NCBI GenBank assembly: GCA_900088475.1 | Contig: FLMG01001771.1 | Location: forward strand, 1 to 64,000 | Source: Hyphochytrium catenoides | Taxonomy: Eukaryota > Protista > Hyphochytriomycota | Reading direction: 5' to 3' | Length of the DNA stretch: 64,000 bases | Part shown: positions 22,816-37,848 of the stretch, piece by piece | How the letters are laid out: each line of letters begins with the position of its first letter | Position numbering within the stretch: position 1 is the stretch's first letter | Translations under genes and position numbers: made by a program | The notes under the pieces: generated by a model | Told to the model about the DNA's origin: nothing | Database searches by the model: none | What the model saw: the letters and a program-made list of their open reading frames with translations, nothing else

Positions 22816-25800
22816 CTACTCAGCGAACTTGCCTGTATCTACTTTGGACTTTCCCATAGGTGGCACGTAGCGAGGATGCCGACCTACCAGTTCATATACC
22901 CACTGCATGTCCTCAGTCTGGTTGTGAATCAACGTCAGCTTTCACGACAAACATAGGAATATTACTTCGATTGACACCCTACCGTGATCAGGAGCTTCGC
23001 CACGCTGGGTTTGCCATACTCTGACGGGGTGAATGTTGCTATAAACGTTGTTCCTTCTGTCCCATGAGGCTTCAAGGATCCCTTCGTGGGATAGATTGTA
23101 AAATCCAACGATGACGACGTAGTGAACTCAGCTGTGAAGCTCGCTTCCTCGGCAGAATAGTTGCAGAGCTTAAAGGAGACACTGGACATAGATCCCATGG
23201 CGGCCTCGAACGTAATGGTGTCATCGGGTTGAGCCTCAAGAGCCTCTAACCGCAGTCCATATCTCCAGCGGCCGCCAGATTTTTTCTGTAGTATCAGCTG
23301 TATGGTGCTCTGAAAAGGTTTAAGTGGCTGGAAGAGAAGCTAAATGGGAGGTCGGACGTCAGTGCCTTGAAACTGATACCATAACAGCTAATAGTGGCTC
23401 ACCTCGTACTGCAGTGGAGTCTCTATCTTAATAAGACCCTCCTGAAGCGGACGCACTGACAGTGATCTGCTCACGAGGCTCTCCACTTCCTCAGGAATCA
23501 CAAGAAGAGCCTCGAACTCTTCTTCACCCGTCGCGGAAATAGCCTTTATTCCAGCTGGCACTATAGTGACAACCTGCCATGGGAAACAAAAGCAAGTTTT
23601 AGGGTACGGAGAAAGCGGATTTTCGGAAGCTCTTGTTTTCAACCTCTCGAACAACCCCACGAGCAAGACACTTCAGCTTCCATGCCTCATCAACAATGGG
23701 TGCTTCGGCAATGCCCTATATAAAGGCAAAGAGAGAGACCCCACGCAAAAGAGACGCGTTTAGGTTTTAGTCACAAAGTTGAGGAGCAGTGCCAAAGGTT
23801 CTCACTTTGATAGGGTAGGTCCACCGAAGGTTCTTCGGTCCGCAAATCTCAAGAACGGCGTCGATCTGCCCTATTTCAAGAGGGGAGAACAGCAAAGGTA
23901 CTTGGAGAACTCCGAATGGGCCGAGATCCGCCTCGGTATCTCTTGCGAGCAAAGAAATCTGTGGTGACCTGTCTATCGAGATCAGCTGGGAGAAGAGAAG
24001 AATAAGAATAAGCAAAGGGGCACGTCAGTGGCCTGCCCGCAGAAGGACATAACCGTCACAGCGGAACGCATACCTCAAGTTTCAAGGAAACTCTCAATCG
24101 CGTGGCAAAGGGATTAATAAAAGTGATATTCTCCGTCACCGAGGACCCGGCCCTTGTGCTAATGGTCACTACATCCATCTCTCCAGGGATGCCTCCGGTT
24201 CCGGTGCACTTGAACACCCATTCTCCTATCGAAGGGTGAGAGAAAGTGACGTCTGTTTCTTCCACCTCCGTTAATGATGATGGCGTGTAGCGAAGGTGAA
24301 CGGTGGTGGAGCTGTAAGGCTTAAGTCGGATCTGAGGGTTGATGACACTGTAGTTTCTCTTGTTGCTAGGAAAACGAGTACAGCCAGTACCATGAGCATA
24401 TGAGTATCGGCAATCACGCCCCATCCCATTTCGAGGCAATTACCTGATACTTGGAGTTAGCAGCACGTCCTCTCCTGAGGGGTTTTCAATGATAATCTGT
24501 TGTGTGCAATTACGTCCAACTGGGCAACTCATCGGGGCCAATAGGACTGGTTCTGGCTTTTCTGCCTGTAATATCATCTTGTACCAGAATTCTCCCACTT
24601 TGTCATTTCGAAAGAAGATGCTACCAGTGAACGACCCCGGAAGCAATGGCGAATAGATCAACTGTCGTACAGGGGAAGACCTAAAGTTAGCGCACGCACA
24701 AGAGTAAGAAAAGCAAAAATAGGTGAAGACCTCATAGATTCCTGTCGAAGATCCTCCTGCGTGTGTTTGGGCTGGTTCTAATGTAAAAGAGGTTTCTCCC
24801 ATTAGACCGGCTCCGTTAAGCTCCACTGTGAAGTTTAGGGGCAGATCTGTCGGATTCTCCAGGGTGATTGCTGCAACGACTGCCTTACGGCAGATGGCAC
24901 TAATGCTAATGGTGCTCTCAGGTTCTGGCGCGGAAGCATCGATTTCTAAAGTGTACCAGATGTACTCCCCTGCACAAATAGAAAAGATACGGGTCTTAAA
25001 ACCGTCCACACAGAGGGAGGAGCAGTCACAGCCTGTCTAGATACGTACCTGTCTGGGTGTCTCTGAAGGTGATACTACCACTATAGGTACCGGTGAATGG
25101 GGGTGAAATTGTAAGTACGTAGAAGGTAGATGCCTCACTAGATCTGAGCGACACCGAACTCTGGCCAGCCACATGTGGTAGATCCGATTCCACTGTGAAC
25201 TGGCAGTCAGTGCGACGGTAGTTTCTCAATAAGAACTTCTCAGTCAGACTTTGACGGGCCTTGCAGGAGACCTCAATATGATCTTCAGCCTACAGCGTAC
25301 AGCAGGAGAACCTTAATGCTTGAGCGATAAGATGAATATGAGAACTGTTCGTCGGGTAGTGCTACAAAGCTCCGATGACGCCGACTAACCAGCACTCAGC
25401 CGCCAAACCAAACTTTCACATTGTCTGGAATCTAGCCTTACCAGGGGCTCCTCTCCAACCGCTTGAAGGTCATATTGGAAGACATCTGCCGTCTGCGGAT
25501 TGGTAAGGAGCAGTTTTCCATTGAGAGAGCACACCCACATGGGCCGGAAGGTAAGTGGATACAGAGCAGTGCCTCCGGCAGGAACGACGAATTCCCGTGG
25601 ACCCGAGAAAGCACTATGTTGGACAGGTTTACGAGAGCTGACATTAGCTTAACTGTGGCTCTGGATTTGATCATAAGACGGGGAAGTCTCTCTTCATCAT
25701 TTTCAGTATCACCGTGCATTCCCCTTAAGTTCTATCATGGTTGCAATCCGTCCCTATCAATCTTAGGAGTTTGCTCGGACCGGCTTACCTTGCGGCGGGC

Positions 25801-28800
25801 CCCGTGATTTCTGCCGAGAGTGTCCAGTCCGTACTGCCACCATTAGTGATTGGAATCTCTTGGAGGATGGACTGTCTTGCAGGAGTGCATAAAGCAACAG
25901 TTGTGGATAGTGCTGGAGCCGTCGCTACGCCTTCTACGTCATAGACTCGGCAGTCCGACGGGTCATCCAGACAGTGCAGCGAGATGCGGCAAGGGTAGGA
26001 CCCGGCGGCCTTGGGATAAAAAAGAAGGGATGCCGTGTTGCCAGCGGGAAGAAGCCTGCGCCGTCGAAGGAGCGGAGGTGGCACATAAGGTGCAGTGAGG
26101 AGAAGGTTCGGAATACGAGTGAATTTGTTGAGAAGCTAGGGATATCCACTTATTAGAAGCACTCTCTACTTACTCTTCCGTCTTTCCTCCTGCTCCGTTA
26201 GGCTTGACGATCTGCAGTTTGGTGGTCGTCTGAGATTTCCCCTTTCCTTTTCCATGGCTGTTCGTGTTGGTTAGGACCACGCGATCTGATGCCATGGCGA
26301 AATAAGGTGAAGAGACTTCAGCCTTAAATGTTTTGGTCCCAACAGAGGATTGCTTCTCGGGCAGGTCCGACTCCGGTGGGCCCTCATCCATCAGCTGTCA
26401 CCACCAAGCGTCAAACGGGCAGAGAGAAAAACGACAGGACATGGCGGTATGTGGATGTAAGGTGGGTAAGTAGGTATAAAATGTTCCCACAAAAGAAGGT
26501 GGTCTCAACCTTTAACAAGTCTCTAGCTTTGGCCTTTGCTGCTCCCTGCAGTCTTTCAAGAGCTTGCTGCTGTGCCTTGAAGAGCTGCGCATTCTTCCAA
26601 GGGAGATACACTAGCATCGAGACCTACGGCGAGAACACCTTAAGTTAGTGGGAGTTGATGCGGATATATGATGGGCCGAACAATAGCTAGCAAACCTGAA
26701 CAATAAAGGGCAAAGGGAGAGGAAGCAGAGGGTCGTTGGAAACAACAGAGAGCAAGCACAGGAAGCGACAGGAAAAGAGAGGTCACATGGAGTGATAAAG
26801 TATATGGCCACCTGAGGGTTTAGCTCGGTTTCGAACGATACTTTATCCAACGGCTTCGGAGGCAGGGCTGTTGCCGCGAGTTCGTAAAGAAACTCTCCAA
26901 TATTCTGGTCCAAGAAAACGATTTGACAGCGGTACTCTCCTGGATAAAGCGGTAGAAACTCTACAACCAGTTTGGAGAGGTTCTGAGTAGTAGTCTGCAC
27001 CTCACCTCCCGGCTAGAGAAAAATGAGTTCGCAAGTTAGACCAGAAGTCACGACATCTTCAATTACGTAAGAAGCAAAGTATGATAAAGCACTTAAGAGT
27101 CAAGATATAGGGCGTGCCCGCATGATTTTCGACGTACTCATCGGCGAGAAAGTCATGAGGAAAGCTGTGAAGGCAAAATCGGACTGAAAGAGATTGCAGT
27201 TTACTGACCCCGTGGTTTCCCTTATATCGGAGCTTTAGGGTAGTTGTCTTTGTATAGAAAGGCTTCAAATTTGCTTCTTCGCTGTCCTTATAGATTTTCT
27301 TTCCTTGTCCTGCCAGGACTTGGCCTTTGATCTTTCCATAGCTGGCCCTTCTAGCGCCGGCGGACGATCCTCTTCCTACTTCTTTCTCTCCTTTCCCGCT
27401 TGACGAAGGACCTGCCAAAAACTCCTGATTGAGACTGACAGAGACCACGGCGTCACATGGAAATGGATTAGCGACTTCTATCTCCTGCGATAGCACCTCA
27501 TAGCAGGGAGTAGAAATGGTTATGGTGCGAAGAGCCGAACGAGAGTGAATGGACGAGCGCAGGTTGAAGACTAGCACTGGGGCGTTGCTCCACCCGCTGC
27601 CTCTACCACTAGATATCGTTGAAGAAGCATCGACAGCACGGGAAGATGATGCACCATCTTTCTCGTCTCCCCGTGGTTTTAGAGGATTAAACGTCAGCCG
27701 CGCCTCGACTGGGGAGGAGAAGCGTGCATTAAGCTCTACGTCGTATTGCGCAGTCTTTCCGGCGGGGATGGTGAGCTGCTGTTGTGTGATGTGGAAGTCA
27801 CTCGAGCCTTCAAGGTAAACGTCATAATGAACTGTGGAAAGGTAGATTGAATGGAGGGTGAGCGACTAACGCAGAGGGAAAGGCCAGGGGATCTCCTAAA
27901 CAAAGTGGTCCTAAGGTAGAATTAAGGAAGCACAAGACTAGAGGCGCAAATAGACAAGATGACAGACAGCAGCTGGAGACGCCACTGGCTGTAAGGAGAG
28001 CCCAGAGTTCGAATTCAAGATCGTCCTTCGCCCTCAACCCCCAATGCCCTAGGACCATTAGTCAGCCCATGAAGACAATGAAGATGCGACAAAGAATAGG
28101 TATGCGTCAGCAAGGAAGATGCTAACCTTCGTGCGTACTGGAGGGATTCCTCAATTCGATAGTCTTACGAATTGGGATGCCCAGCACTCCAACGAAGTCG
28201 ACTTGAGCTTTTGGCACGTACTACGGGTTAGATATCAGTACAGTGTTCATAGTTCCTTACATAACATATGACCAATTATGAAAAGAATTGCAAGACTAAC
28301 TGTGAGGGAAGGACGGAGCAAAGACAAGGAAATGAGACCTGTCCAAGCAGAAGTGTTATTGGCAACACCAGAAAAACAAGTGCGAGAATGTTACCTGTGG
28401 GAGGGTGAGGAAGAGAAAGGTCAGCAGGAGCACTCCTTCCCTCGCCGTCAAGCCTATTATCTGCTCTGCAGTCGGCACAAAGTTCATCCGAAGATGATTC
28501 ATTGAGTCCACTACTTGTTGAGCGTTCTTCCTCCTCCCCTCGACATCCTTTGGCGTAGGATCGAAACCAGCTAATGGCATGTTCAACTTTGAAAGCCTGG
28601 GGAAAGGGAAGGTTAGGGCTCTTTGAAAACACATAGTACGACGCCCATCTCTGCGCTCTCCTACTCACCAGGGGAGGTGTGAGCGAAGGAGATGACACAG
28701 CGCCACTCCGTCGTGGAGCGCGTGGTCAAAGTTTACTATTCTGACCGGCTCAGGGCTGCCAGATGACGCGTTGACATGAAATGAGAGCCAACGCAGGAGA

Positions 28801-31800
28801 ACTCCTTCGGACACAGAGTAGACATTCGACCCTTCAAGGTCGCCATTTACTCTAGGGACGCAAAAGAACGTTGGGTATAGAGTAATGAGGATTATTGCAG
28901 ATATTCATAGGGACACGGCCGAGAACTTTTCAATAAAGGTTTCCCAGGCTATGACCGACAACGAGGCAGAATGGCTGAGCGGGCAAAGGTGAAGAAAGGG
29001 GGAAGGAAATGAGGAACAAGAAGACAGCAGTTAATAGCGGTACCAGCAATTGAGTCAAGAAATAAACGAGCGAAAAGTAAGGGAATAGCCGAAATCGATA
29101 GACATGACAGCTTTAAAACATACTCAGGCGCGGCACCGGAGACTGATGCCTTGCTAGCATGGCTTGAAGGCCTAGAAACAGATGTCCGGGCCCTTTGTTT
29201 GGAGTCCTCACCCTTCTCTCCTCTATCCTTCCGTGGGCTGGCTGCCTCCGAAACAGGGTAGCCTGGAAGGTTCACTAAACTCTTAGGCGTGATTCGCTGG
29301 AGAATAAATATCTTCGCTAGCTGATAGAGCACGCTGGTCCACCCTCTGCGGCTGAGCTCCAGCCATCTATGCTCCCAGTACCTCTGCTTCAGATTTCCCT
29401 TCACCAAACAAACAGGGGAAGAACCCAAAGTTTGGGAAGACCCAACTTCCCTGTCTCCGGCACATGCTGCTTCTTTCCCAGAGAGAGAGCGGGAGATCTC
29501 ATCTACGGTTGTAGTCGGAAGCTCAATGGCCAACTCTCGTCCCATGACAGATAGAAAGCCATCTCTATGCAAAAGATGCTCGGGTCTGAGGTCCGCCAGC
29601 AGTGCTCCACAGCTCTTGAGATAGGCGAGGAGCTCCTTGTACTGCCCAAGCAGCATAGAGGTATATTCTTGCTTCAACGCAGTGTTGCCGTTGTGAGCTA
29701 CAGAGTGGACGACAGTCACCTTAGAATTGAACTTCTTTCCCGTCATTGCCTCAATGGCCTCCATTACCGGCTTGCCGGAGGCGAGAATGAGGCTTTCGGG
29801 AATAGAAGAGAGGCGGTTCTTGCCAAACATATTACAGCTGAACCATTCTAAGGAGAACGCACACTCCTCACGGCATTCTGGGACAGAGTCGGCAGAGTCA
29901 GAGGGGGTAGACATGTCCGTCGACCGGGCCCTCCCACTTCCTCCTTCCCCTTTGGCCTTTATGGACTTCTTCTCTGAAAGGATAACAGGAAATCCTTCCC
30001 CTGCGGAAGTGAGATCGTAGTTTCCCCTCTGTGCTAAGAGAAAGGGAAATATTGAGAGGATCGAGTTGTCACTCATCCCGTGGACCGGGAGACTGAAAAT
30101 GTTCCCGTCATTGTCGAAGAACTCAATCTTGGCGCTAAAACTACGGTAACGGCAGAAGGAAAGGGAGATGGAGAGATGGTTAAGACCTAGGCTTGCTGTA
30201 AGGGAAGTCCGTATATATTATAGAGGACAGAGGAGAGCAAGAACACTGCTAGCAAAGAAGCTAGAGGCGGAGGGAACGGGTTCTCAACCCCCAACTTGGT
30301 GGGTTGCTTTGTCAAAGTCAGGCACATTGACACTTTACTTTTTAAGCAATTGAAGTCTTCCGTTTTACCTTAGCGGCTTCTTGGTCACAAAAGAAACCTC
30401 CACAGTCACAGCAGGGTTACCTAATCCCATAGTCTTCCCATGCGGAAACGAAAGACTGAGAGGCGCGTGTGCCGAGTCCAGCGGTAACTTGTATTGCAGT
30501 TCTAGAGAGTCGTAGCCCATGTTAAATATCTGAAATTGATAGCTGCTACGCAGAGAGAGAGGGACGATGGGAAGAACAATTTCTGGGCAGGAAAAGGCCA
30601 TGCGAGGCCACGTTCCTCTGCCCTGCAGCTCTATCTCCTGATACTTTTTCCTGGTCGGGGGGGCTGATGGGTTCTCTGTGAACGTAGAGGAACTTATTGT
30701 GTTAGAGTCGCTGATGCTAGCAGTCGATAAACACTAAACAGAAAGGGAGAGCTTTCACGGGACGGCATAGTTGGCACATCTCTAGGAAGGTACTTTAACT
30801 TCTAAATATAAAGAAACTTCCAGAGAGCTGAAGGGTTAACAGTCACAGAGCTCTAAGAGTAGTCAAGGAACAATCACATAGACCTGGCTTATCGAAGAAA
30901 GGGGCTTGATTGTCAGTAAGTCCAAAGAGAAGGATACAATATTGATCAATCAGCCAAGAAGCGACGCAGGAAGTGGCTTACCTCTTTCCGTTATGAAGAC
31001 TACAAGACGAGTATTATGCACCTTAGGAGCGGTCGGTTGATAGGTGACACGCACTGCTGCTCTCCCACCCACCTCCAACAGCCCGGAAAGAGGTGAGAGG
31101 AGGAAGGGAGAAGGAGAGGCGCTCTTTCTACCAGTAAAGAAGAAAACGTCAGTGACTAGGATACATAGATAAGCGACTCCATATCCCAGACCAAAGAGCG
31201 GCTAGAGACGCTACAACCTTCAATGGAAAAATTTGCGGAGTACTACATCTCTTTTCTCAACTGTGTGTCTCGCCCACTTACCCTCCTTTCCATTCTACCC
31301 CCGCTAGCTCCATCTCCCAAGAGAGCGGTCCTTGATCCTCATTGGTTAGTATCAGCTCTTGAGTCTTCGTCGCCTTTCTTCCGGCTTCCTTTGAAAGTAC
31401 GACTTCCCCAAAGTCCACAGAGGGCTTGGAAATAACGAGACGAGGACGCACTACATGGCCCCTAACGGGGGTCCGCAAGTGCGGGAGAGAGGTAGAGACT
31501 AGAGAGAGAGTGAGAGGAAGCGAGTAGGTGAAACTGCCAATCCCCGTTGGCCGTATGGAGAGGTAAAAGGAAAGCTCTGAGTGTGGCTGAATCTCAATGC
31601 TCCAGACTCTTCCTTCTTCCAGAAGGGAGTTTGGCTCCAGCTCCGCCTTTCCTTGCCCATAATCCTCCCTGTCCTCCACTGCAATTCTTGTGAGAGAGGG
31701 CATCATCCTCAGAGGCTCCATCGAATTGGACGCAGTGGCGAACTCTCCCATTGCACCTTCAACAATGGACGCAGATTCATCCATGGGTAGTAGAGGCAGT

Positions 31801-34800
31801 ACTGAAAATTCCGACAGACTTCTTAAATCAAGCAGTAGAGAAGCCATAACGTCACCTTTGTTCCCTATCGTGACCTGATGGAGTATCAGATAATGAGATG
31901 CCTGGGCTGAAGAAAGTAGTGATAGGTGGGCGGGAGAGCAGCAGTGCGGGAAGGTAGTGATAGAAACTGAACAAGGGGAAAATAAGACAACTATGGGTGA
32001 CAGCGTTACAGGGAAACCGAAGTAGGAGAGCGCGTTTTTCTTACCAATTGCCTATCCTCGTTCCCCACCGCGATTTCCCCAAAGTCTACGGCGGACTGCT
32101 TCACCTCAACTTCCGGGACCATAGACGCCCCCAGCACAGGCACTTTAAGAGGTCTACCTCCCCGCGGGATCACCAAGATTGCTGCACCGTCCAAAAGCAG
32201 GGGAAGAGATAGAGTGGCAGAGACCACTAAATCCGCTGTCTCTCCCGCACCGATTGATATGATTGAGGAAGAGAGTTTGATTCCTGTCCGCGAGGCTGGG
32301 GGACTCTCCAGGAATAGAACAGTTCGGGAGTTGCCCATATTCTTCAAGGTGAGAGTCTTGCACTGTGAGCTTCCCACCGCAAAGAGTCCAAAATCTACTT
32401 TGGGTGAACCGCTTGCACTGCAAGAGAGGTCGATCGAATGAGTGAGATAGAAGGCGCTTAGTCTCAAACAGTCACACAACATTGCAGGTAGAGCTCGGAT
32501 GGAGTTCGAGAGATGGCAAGAGAGGCAAAGAAGAAGCACCGATTTCAGAGCTTCGCAAGGTGCAAAAAGGAAGAGAGGTAAGCTTGAAGAGAAATAGGGT
32601 TGATAGAGGGCACCTTCCGCTTGTGGCTCCTTTCTCCTTCACAATGACCTTTGGTTCCTCGCATACGCCGACGCAGAGAAGCTTCTCGTCTTTTCCACCA
32701 GCCACCTTCAAGGTGCACTCTACCTCTTTCTTGGCCCCTGGGGCAGGGACAAACTTGACCTCAACTAGCTTGATCCCTCCCCCGGCGGGGACGGAGCCGG
32801 ATGGAGGAGAAAACTTGAACACTTCCTCCTTCCCAACTTCCCAACGGAAGTCACAAGGTGCATTCCCGGAGTTTGTTAGGGTCACAGTATTCGATATCTG
32901 TGCGCGACAACCAAAAAATAACGTGAGAAGGGGATAGACTCAATTTACCTTCCGACTTCGTGTCCCAGCACCTCTTCCTATCGTTCCATGATGCTCTCGA
33001 TCCACCTCCTATTCTTGGGTGTGGTTCTCGTTCACCTCGTACTCTAATCTCTCCGCTCCTACCAGTCCATCTATTCCGTTTGACTGTAAAATTATACTGG
33101 CATCTCATGCTCCTCTGTCCCCTCCATTGAGTTGCCTAAAGTTGCCTTACCCATGGCTCCACACAATCATCAGAAAATTGGAAAGTGAGCTGTGTGGTCG
33201 ACAGTTGGAGAGAGACTGGAACCACCTCCGCCCTGACTTGAACTTTCGTGTTGTGCACTCCGTTAACCACACATGTGAAGGACCGACTGAGGTCCTATGA
33301 TTGAAATAGTTAGCTAAACAGTGAGCAAGATATTGGAAAAGCAAGCAAGACTAGGGGCAACACACATATCCTAAGAGATAAGGAGACCTATAGACTCCCT
33401 ATGGTAACCACGCATCGCCAAAGAGGGGAAACTAAGAGTCAAGGTGCTTGCTTGTTCAACGTTAGCATGTAAGGAAGTGAATGGAGTTCTAGCTTAGCGA
33501 GACAAGGGCCATAACATTTCAAAACACTATCAAGGCGAGAGACAGAGAAGACCGATCATAGAGTGAAAGAAGGTAGGAGCAGTGGTTTACCTGTTCCACC
33601 CTTGCCATCAGAGTGATATCAAAGCCAGCAGTGGCACCTGGGGGAACGACCTGGCTCTGAGGAGATGACTGGACAAGCTCGTCCGCGGTGATTAGAAGCT
33701 CAACGAGCACACTCTCGGACCTTCCGTTGATGACAAAGAACGAACGCTTATTGAGGCTGTTCACCGAAACTCGACCAAAAGAGAGCGCTTTCGGACCTAT
33801 TGGTTCAACAGCAGACGTAGACAGAGGCTAAGAAAAGGCTGTTGGGAAGGAGTTTGCATCTCCTCAAAGCTAAAGCGTAGTCCAATCGAACCATCCACTT
33901 TATCAGATTTTTTGTACGTTATTCTCTCTTGTACTTTGGTCTTTCCCTCACCTAATTGCACGAGGGTTAACTCCTCAGGAGGTATCGTGACCGCACATTC
34001 CTTTATTTCAGCGGGGCTGACAGGCTTTGGCTTGAACTTCTTCTTTATAAGCTTCGTATCGTCCAGTTGCGAAATACTTGCGTGAAATTGGGAGGATCCC
34101 TGTTCAGAGCTGCAGAGAGTATCAGCAACAAGCAAGAAGAGATACTGATCAATGACGATATTCGGCCTAGGAAAGAGGAGAGATTAGGCGTCTCGACCGC
34201 TGCCTATTATGCTAGTATCCTTCGCCTATTCTTTTAGACGCTCGGTTCCCTCACTCTTCCTCTTCTTCTCACCTGTAGCCTGCCACGGGTTTCTCAAGCC
34301 AGAGTCCTTCGGTCGCCTTAGGCAGTCGGAGTTGGGCCGGTGCCATGGCACTCTGAGGCATAAGCCCCAGGCTTAAAGAATCCTGACAAGGCGAAAGAAG
34401 AAAGGGCCTGAAGTAAGAAACAGAATTGGTTGAAGTGCATGACGTATATGGAGCAGGGTAAGACCTGGAGAAGGCCTGTCATCGTGAATTAGAGAGCAGG
34501 AGAAGAGGGCAAAATGGTAGAGAGAACTAAAATAGAACAGGTGCCTGGCGGCCGATGTCCCTTACCAGAGGGTCAGTGGACCTTTTGGCTATGCGCGCAG
34601 CCCTGCTCTCTTCTTCCTTCTTTAGGCCTTCTTCCCGCCTTTCTCTTTCTTCTTTTAGATACTCTGTATACTTCTCCTTGTTCTCCTGTCTCTCCAGCTG
34701 GTGCGGAACACTGTAGGTGAGCTGTGAGTCCGCCTGCGGAGGAAATTCGACCTTTTCCCAGGCAGGTATCCGACGAAAGGTGCTTCCAGGTTCGGAGATG

Positions 34801-37800
34801 CTGACTGTCGACGTGGATAAGACAACACGCCCATAGTTAGTGAAGATGTACTCGAAAGAAAGAGATACGGCAAGTAGTTATCGATACAGCGATAGAGCAG
34901 CACCAACGTACTCTCTTTCGTCACAAACTTCAGCTTCGGCTCAAAATCCTCCGGCAGCGCCTCCGTACCCCCCGGGTATTGTCTCGTAGGGCCCACAGAC
35001 GTACAAGAACCCTGTAGACGTAGTGCCAAAGTCTGGACACCCTTGTTGATTGCCACTTGAAGAGTGCTCTATTGCGTGGAACGGGTAATCGGTGGGAAAT
35101 GTGGGTCAATGCTGAGAAAGAGAGAGGCCATAGAAGGAAGCGAAGAGGAGGGATGGAAGGGGGTGGGAGGGCAAGGAGTAATGGCACCTTAAAGTTACCC
35201 AATTGATTAGGGAGGAAGCTTACGACTGCCTTTTGCGTCTGCAGGGGCTGCAGAACACCCTTGGTAGGATTGACCGAGAAGTGAGGAAGCTGCAAAAAAG
35301 AGAGAAAGCAGGACTAATCAGCAGTTTCCTATTTCATACTCTGACCACAGCGGCTACCCCTCCCAATTGAGTATTCCTTACCCTCCACATTGGGCTGCCA
35401 CCTAGCTCTAAGTTTGTGCTATGCTAGCTGGTGCTAGTGGCGCATTGTCTGATCACCCCTCGAAGACCTGCCACTCTCAGCTATAAGAACCTCTCTCGCT
35501 GGCTCTATTTCTAATAGTGTCAAACCTTGTTAATTGAAAAGTCCACCGGGAGCTCTCCGCTGTTTTTGATGGCCACAAGAACATCTCTGCGATCCCCTGA
35601 CGGACATTCTCCAAAATTGATGTCTGGCTGGTCTAGAGAGACTTGTAGCGGCGTGGCCTATGAAGAGTAGGTGGCATAAAGGAAAGGAAGAGGATATTAG
35701 GAGAGATGTGACGCATAGTTATAATGAGCGTCGAAAGAAAGGAAGTGGATATTAGAAGTGGCCATAGGACTGAGCTGTCGCGCAGTGGAGAACGGGCCAA
35801 AACGAAAAAGATACTAGCTGTGAGATGACATTAGCCATGGCTATAGGCGACAGTGAGAGGCCCATCATTCCCATGAGACTTGACGAAAACGAACAACCAA
35901 GATGAGACAGGAATGATGTGCAAAGAGACCCCATACATAGGTCTAATCATCTCGTCCCTCGCACCTTTCCCGACATTTTGACAGAAATTTCTGTCTTCAG
36001 CTCCGGACTCGTGATGACGGCGAGCTCCTCTAAAGCCTTTGACTCTAAAGTACTCGAAAGCTGCGATTTGAAGCCCTTTCCTGGTTGTGGAACTTGCGGA
36101 GAGAAGCTGAAGGAAAGCGGGACGCGAGAGTAGGGAGCCATGACTCCCTCCCAGGGTATGACTGACATTGCCTTCAATCCATTGCTGACAAAGACAATGG
36201 AAGAAGTACGAAAGTCAGGAGATCGACAAAGATCACGTGAGCTGGGACAGCAGGCAAGCGGCGTGGATGGCCCGTAGAGACAACCTCACGGACGGCTATG
36301 GCACTGTAGATCGTGATAAAATACAGTGACGAGCTTACCTGCCCCCTGAGACGCTCTTGGACGAAGTGTCCTCTTCTGATGCTGATTCTCCTACAGCTAC
36401 TTGAAATGTGATTTTCTTGGGTCCATTATTAATCAGATAGGCGGTTACATTGCGTTTCTCTCCGTAATGAAGGATACCAAAGGGAATTTTGTTCAAGGGT
36501 GTCCCGGAATCTAAACAGCGCACATCTATGTTAGGCTGCATGCATCGTATGATCGTGAGAGTGAAGAGAGCGAAATGGAGCAGAGAGGCCTGCGAAATGT
36601 GAAGGACAGGGGAGTTTGGAACGAAGGACAGTCAAGAACCAGCAGTCACCTGGCAGTTGAAGATCAAGCTTTTGCTCAACAACTGTGGCACTGATGTCTA
36701 ACACTCTCTCCACACTGCCAGCAATGCGCACTGTAGCCAGTGTCCTGAAGTCTCCCGAGCTTTCTGGGCTTAGTTCTACCTTCACAGTAAGCTTGTTGTG
36801 GGGAGCGGCCGTAGTTGGAGGAATGACGCCTAAAGATTGAGGTAAGCTTCTTTGTATCGCATCCAACCTCCTGACCCTCATCCTTCCCTCAGCAGTTCCA
36901 TCCAGTTTCTCTCTCTTTCTCTCCCTTCCGCTCTCTGTCTTTCCCTCCATTCCATCTCCACCACTTCTCTTCCTTTTCTCTCTGTCCCTCTCCCTTTGCA
37001 CCTTCTTGTACGAGTTCCATTTCATGGTCCATCTAGGTTCTACACACATGGAACCTCATCTGATGATGGACATTCATCTAACAGCCGTCAATTCCATATC
37101 TCTCACAACTCTCGGTTAGGCCGTTCTTTCTACTCCCATCACATTGTCATCCACCCCTTACGCAACCTGTGCACTCCCACTGGCCGTGTTGCTCACCTTC
37201 TCGAGGTGTGATCTTCAGTGGCAACTTGTCATCGTACGCGATTGAGAACTCCGCATCTCTGTGACCCGTGTTGACGAGCTCAATGCACTGCGCTGCCGGA
37301 TTGTGCATTGTCACTACTCCCAAGTTCACGAAGCCATTGAAGGTAATGTTGCCGCGAGGAGGTTTGGCTGTGAGTGGAATCTCTACCATGCCAGCCTCAC
37401 AATGTACCTTCACGCTGTCGTAGATGTCGGATGGAGTCTCAGGATTTTGACTGTTAGAGGTCTTGGGTGCAGGGAGAGTGAAGTGCACCTCTGCCTTGGC
37501 CGACATTCCTGGCGCGATTCCACCTGAAGGCTTGTACTCCAGCCGAAAGTACTTGGTGGTGGGTGCCGAGAAGCGGACCCTAAGCAACTTGCTTGAGTGA
37601 TTCTGGATCTCCAGAATCGTTACATAGAGAATGCCGGGCTCACAGCCTTCGAGATCAATCCGTGGAGGGTACACTCTCAGCTTGCCTCGCACTTCTCCGA
37701 CGGCTGTAGATGTGGACAGTTCGCTTTCGTTATTGGTTGAGGCGCCACGTCCTTGGGAGAGCTTTTTAGGGCTTTCATGAAGCTTTCCATCGCTTGAGCG

Positions 37801-37848
37801 CTTCGGAGCAACAGCTCCATCTCTCACCTCTCCAGGCATGGTGGGCAT
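22816..37848 (-). CDS. CFAP47: Cilia- and flagella-associated protein 47 (many ASH/PapD-like Ig domains plus a calponin-homology domain); more than 30 exons, not all boundaries verified
   Basis: Many ASH-like exons (LRVYPP..GIAPGMSAKAEVHF; LTNSGNAPCDFRW; VDFGEI); CH-like segment YSVSEGVLLRWLSFHVN..IVNFDHALHDGVAL (about 28670-28830); GEFLYEL and GEFWY motifs; C-terminus TEDMQWVYELVGRHPRYVPP, stop at 22816. Confidence 0.9.
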